Source of the DNA: Zestosphaera sp.
GTDB taxonomy: Archaea; Thermoproteota; Thermoprotei_A; Sulfolobales; NBVN01
Direction: 5' to 3'
Length of the DNA stretch: 64,000 bases
NCBI GenBank assembly: GCA_038843015.1
Contig: JAWBSH010000003.1
Coordinates: 69,343-133,342 of the forward strand
Part shown: piece after piece, positions 63,728-64,000 of the stretch
How the letters are laid out: each line of letters starts with the position of its first letter
How positions within the stretch are numbered: the stretch's first letter is position 1
Notes under the pieces: generated by a model
Database searches by the model: none
What the model was told of the DNA's origin: nothing
Seen by the model: the letters and a program-made list of their open reading frames with translations, nothing else
Program-made: the position numbers and the translations under genes

Positions 63728-64000
63728 ATGTCTAAATATGACATCATAATTAGGGGAGGTGTGCTCGTTGACGGGACTGGGGCACCACCCTTCAGAAGAG
63801 ATATCGGAATAGCTGATGGCGTCATAGTTAAGATAAGTGACTTATCTGGTGAGTCGGCTGAGGAGATTATTGAAGCCCGCGACTTCTTCGTGGCTCCAGG
63901 CTTCATAGACATCCATAACCATAGCGACAGCAGTATTTTCATGCTTCCTACAGCAGACAACTATGTTACTCAAGGCGTCACCACTATAGTAGTAGGTAAT
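63728..64000 (+). CDS. N-acyl-D-amino-acid deacylase (D-aminoacylase)-like amidohydrolase, N-terminal part (3' end outside window)
   Basis: The ATG at 63728 opens MSKYDIIIRGGVLVDGTGAPPFRRDIGIADGVIVKISDL...APGFIDIHNHSD, with the HxH metal motif of the amidohydrolase superfamily. It is missing from the ORF track because it runs off the window. The listed minus ORF 63688..63960 is its antisense shadow. Confidence 0.7.
   Translation, partial: MSKYDIIIRGGVLVDGTGAPPFRRDIGIADGVIVKISDLSGESAEEIIEARDFFVAPGFIDIHNHSDSSIFMLPTADNYVTQGVTTIVVGN

Noticed and set aside
63688-63960. 90-aa minus-strand ORF at the window end
   Set aside because: It is antisense to a clear plus-strand D-aminoacylase-like N-terminus (GFIDIHNHSD) that starts at 63728 and runs off the window.
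1-64000. CRISPR arrays, cas genes, IS elements/transposases, integrases, rRNA genes
   Set aside because: I scanned the intergenic regions and the ORF products. There are no regularly spaced direct repeats and no DDE, tyrosine or serine recombinase motifs. The only mobile-type element is the intein.

Overview
Densely coded 64 kb window, roughly mid-40s % G+C by eye. Its gene content fits an anaerobic, hyperthermophilic crenarchaeon of Desulfurococcales-like type; this is an inference from gene content that I cannot verify here. I found no rRNA genes, CRISPR arrays, cas genes, transposases or integrases.

Gene content from left to right:
- 3' end of a 2-oxoacid:ferredoxin oxidoreductase beta gene, several transporters, and a DUF134/DUF5320-like pair.
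- tRNA-Val(CAC), followed by a ~380 nt structured non-coding region.
- A HEPN/MNT cassette whose HEPN frame has no start codon.
- A four-gene cytosolic [NiFe] sulfhydrogenase-type operon (beta-gamma-delta-alpha).
- A Mre11-NurA-HerA-Rad50 repair operon.
- A CbiMNQO-type ECF transporter, an ESCRT-III (CdvB-like) paralog, PGI/PMI, rubrerythrin, and a circularly permuted GTPase.
- A RavA/MoxR-like AAA+ ATPase carrying a 361-aa LAGLIDADG intein in its P-loop, with a vWA partner.
- An ABC-2 exporter, a decayed MFS transporter pseudogene, tRNA-Pro(CGG), and pyrD/pyrK.
- hypF followed by a 13-gene Mbh-type membrane-bound [NiFe] hydrogenase/Mrp cluster, a HycI-like protease, and a Cys-rich zinc-ribbon protein.
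- A transglutaminase-like surface protein, a ThiL-like kinase, and a Tes/GDGT-MAS-like radical SAM enzyme convergent with geranylgeranyl reductase.
- A poorly conserved stretch of orphan membrane and coiled-coil proteins.
- A peptide/D-amino-acid utilisation neighbourhood: MBL hydrolase, M20 amidohydrolase, S12 serine hydrolase, Dpp/Opp ABC transporter, and the start of a D-aminoacylase.

Most unusual observations:
- A family of related intergenic elements. Two clear copies lie at 627..860 and 23399..23603. Weaker relatives lie near 19.6 kb and 56.5 kb, and there is possible kinship to the 5' part of the MFS pseudogene.
- G+C-rich hairpin-dense intergenic islands that look like unannotated structured RNAs.
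- The P-loop intein.
- A duplicated 13-mer over the cbiM promoter and start codon.
- An 8xCxxC protein apparently coupled to the hydrogenase protease gene.
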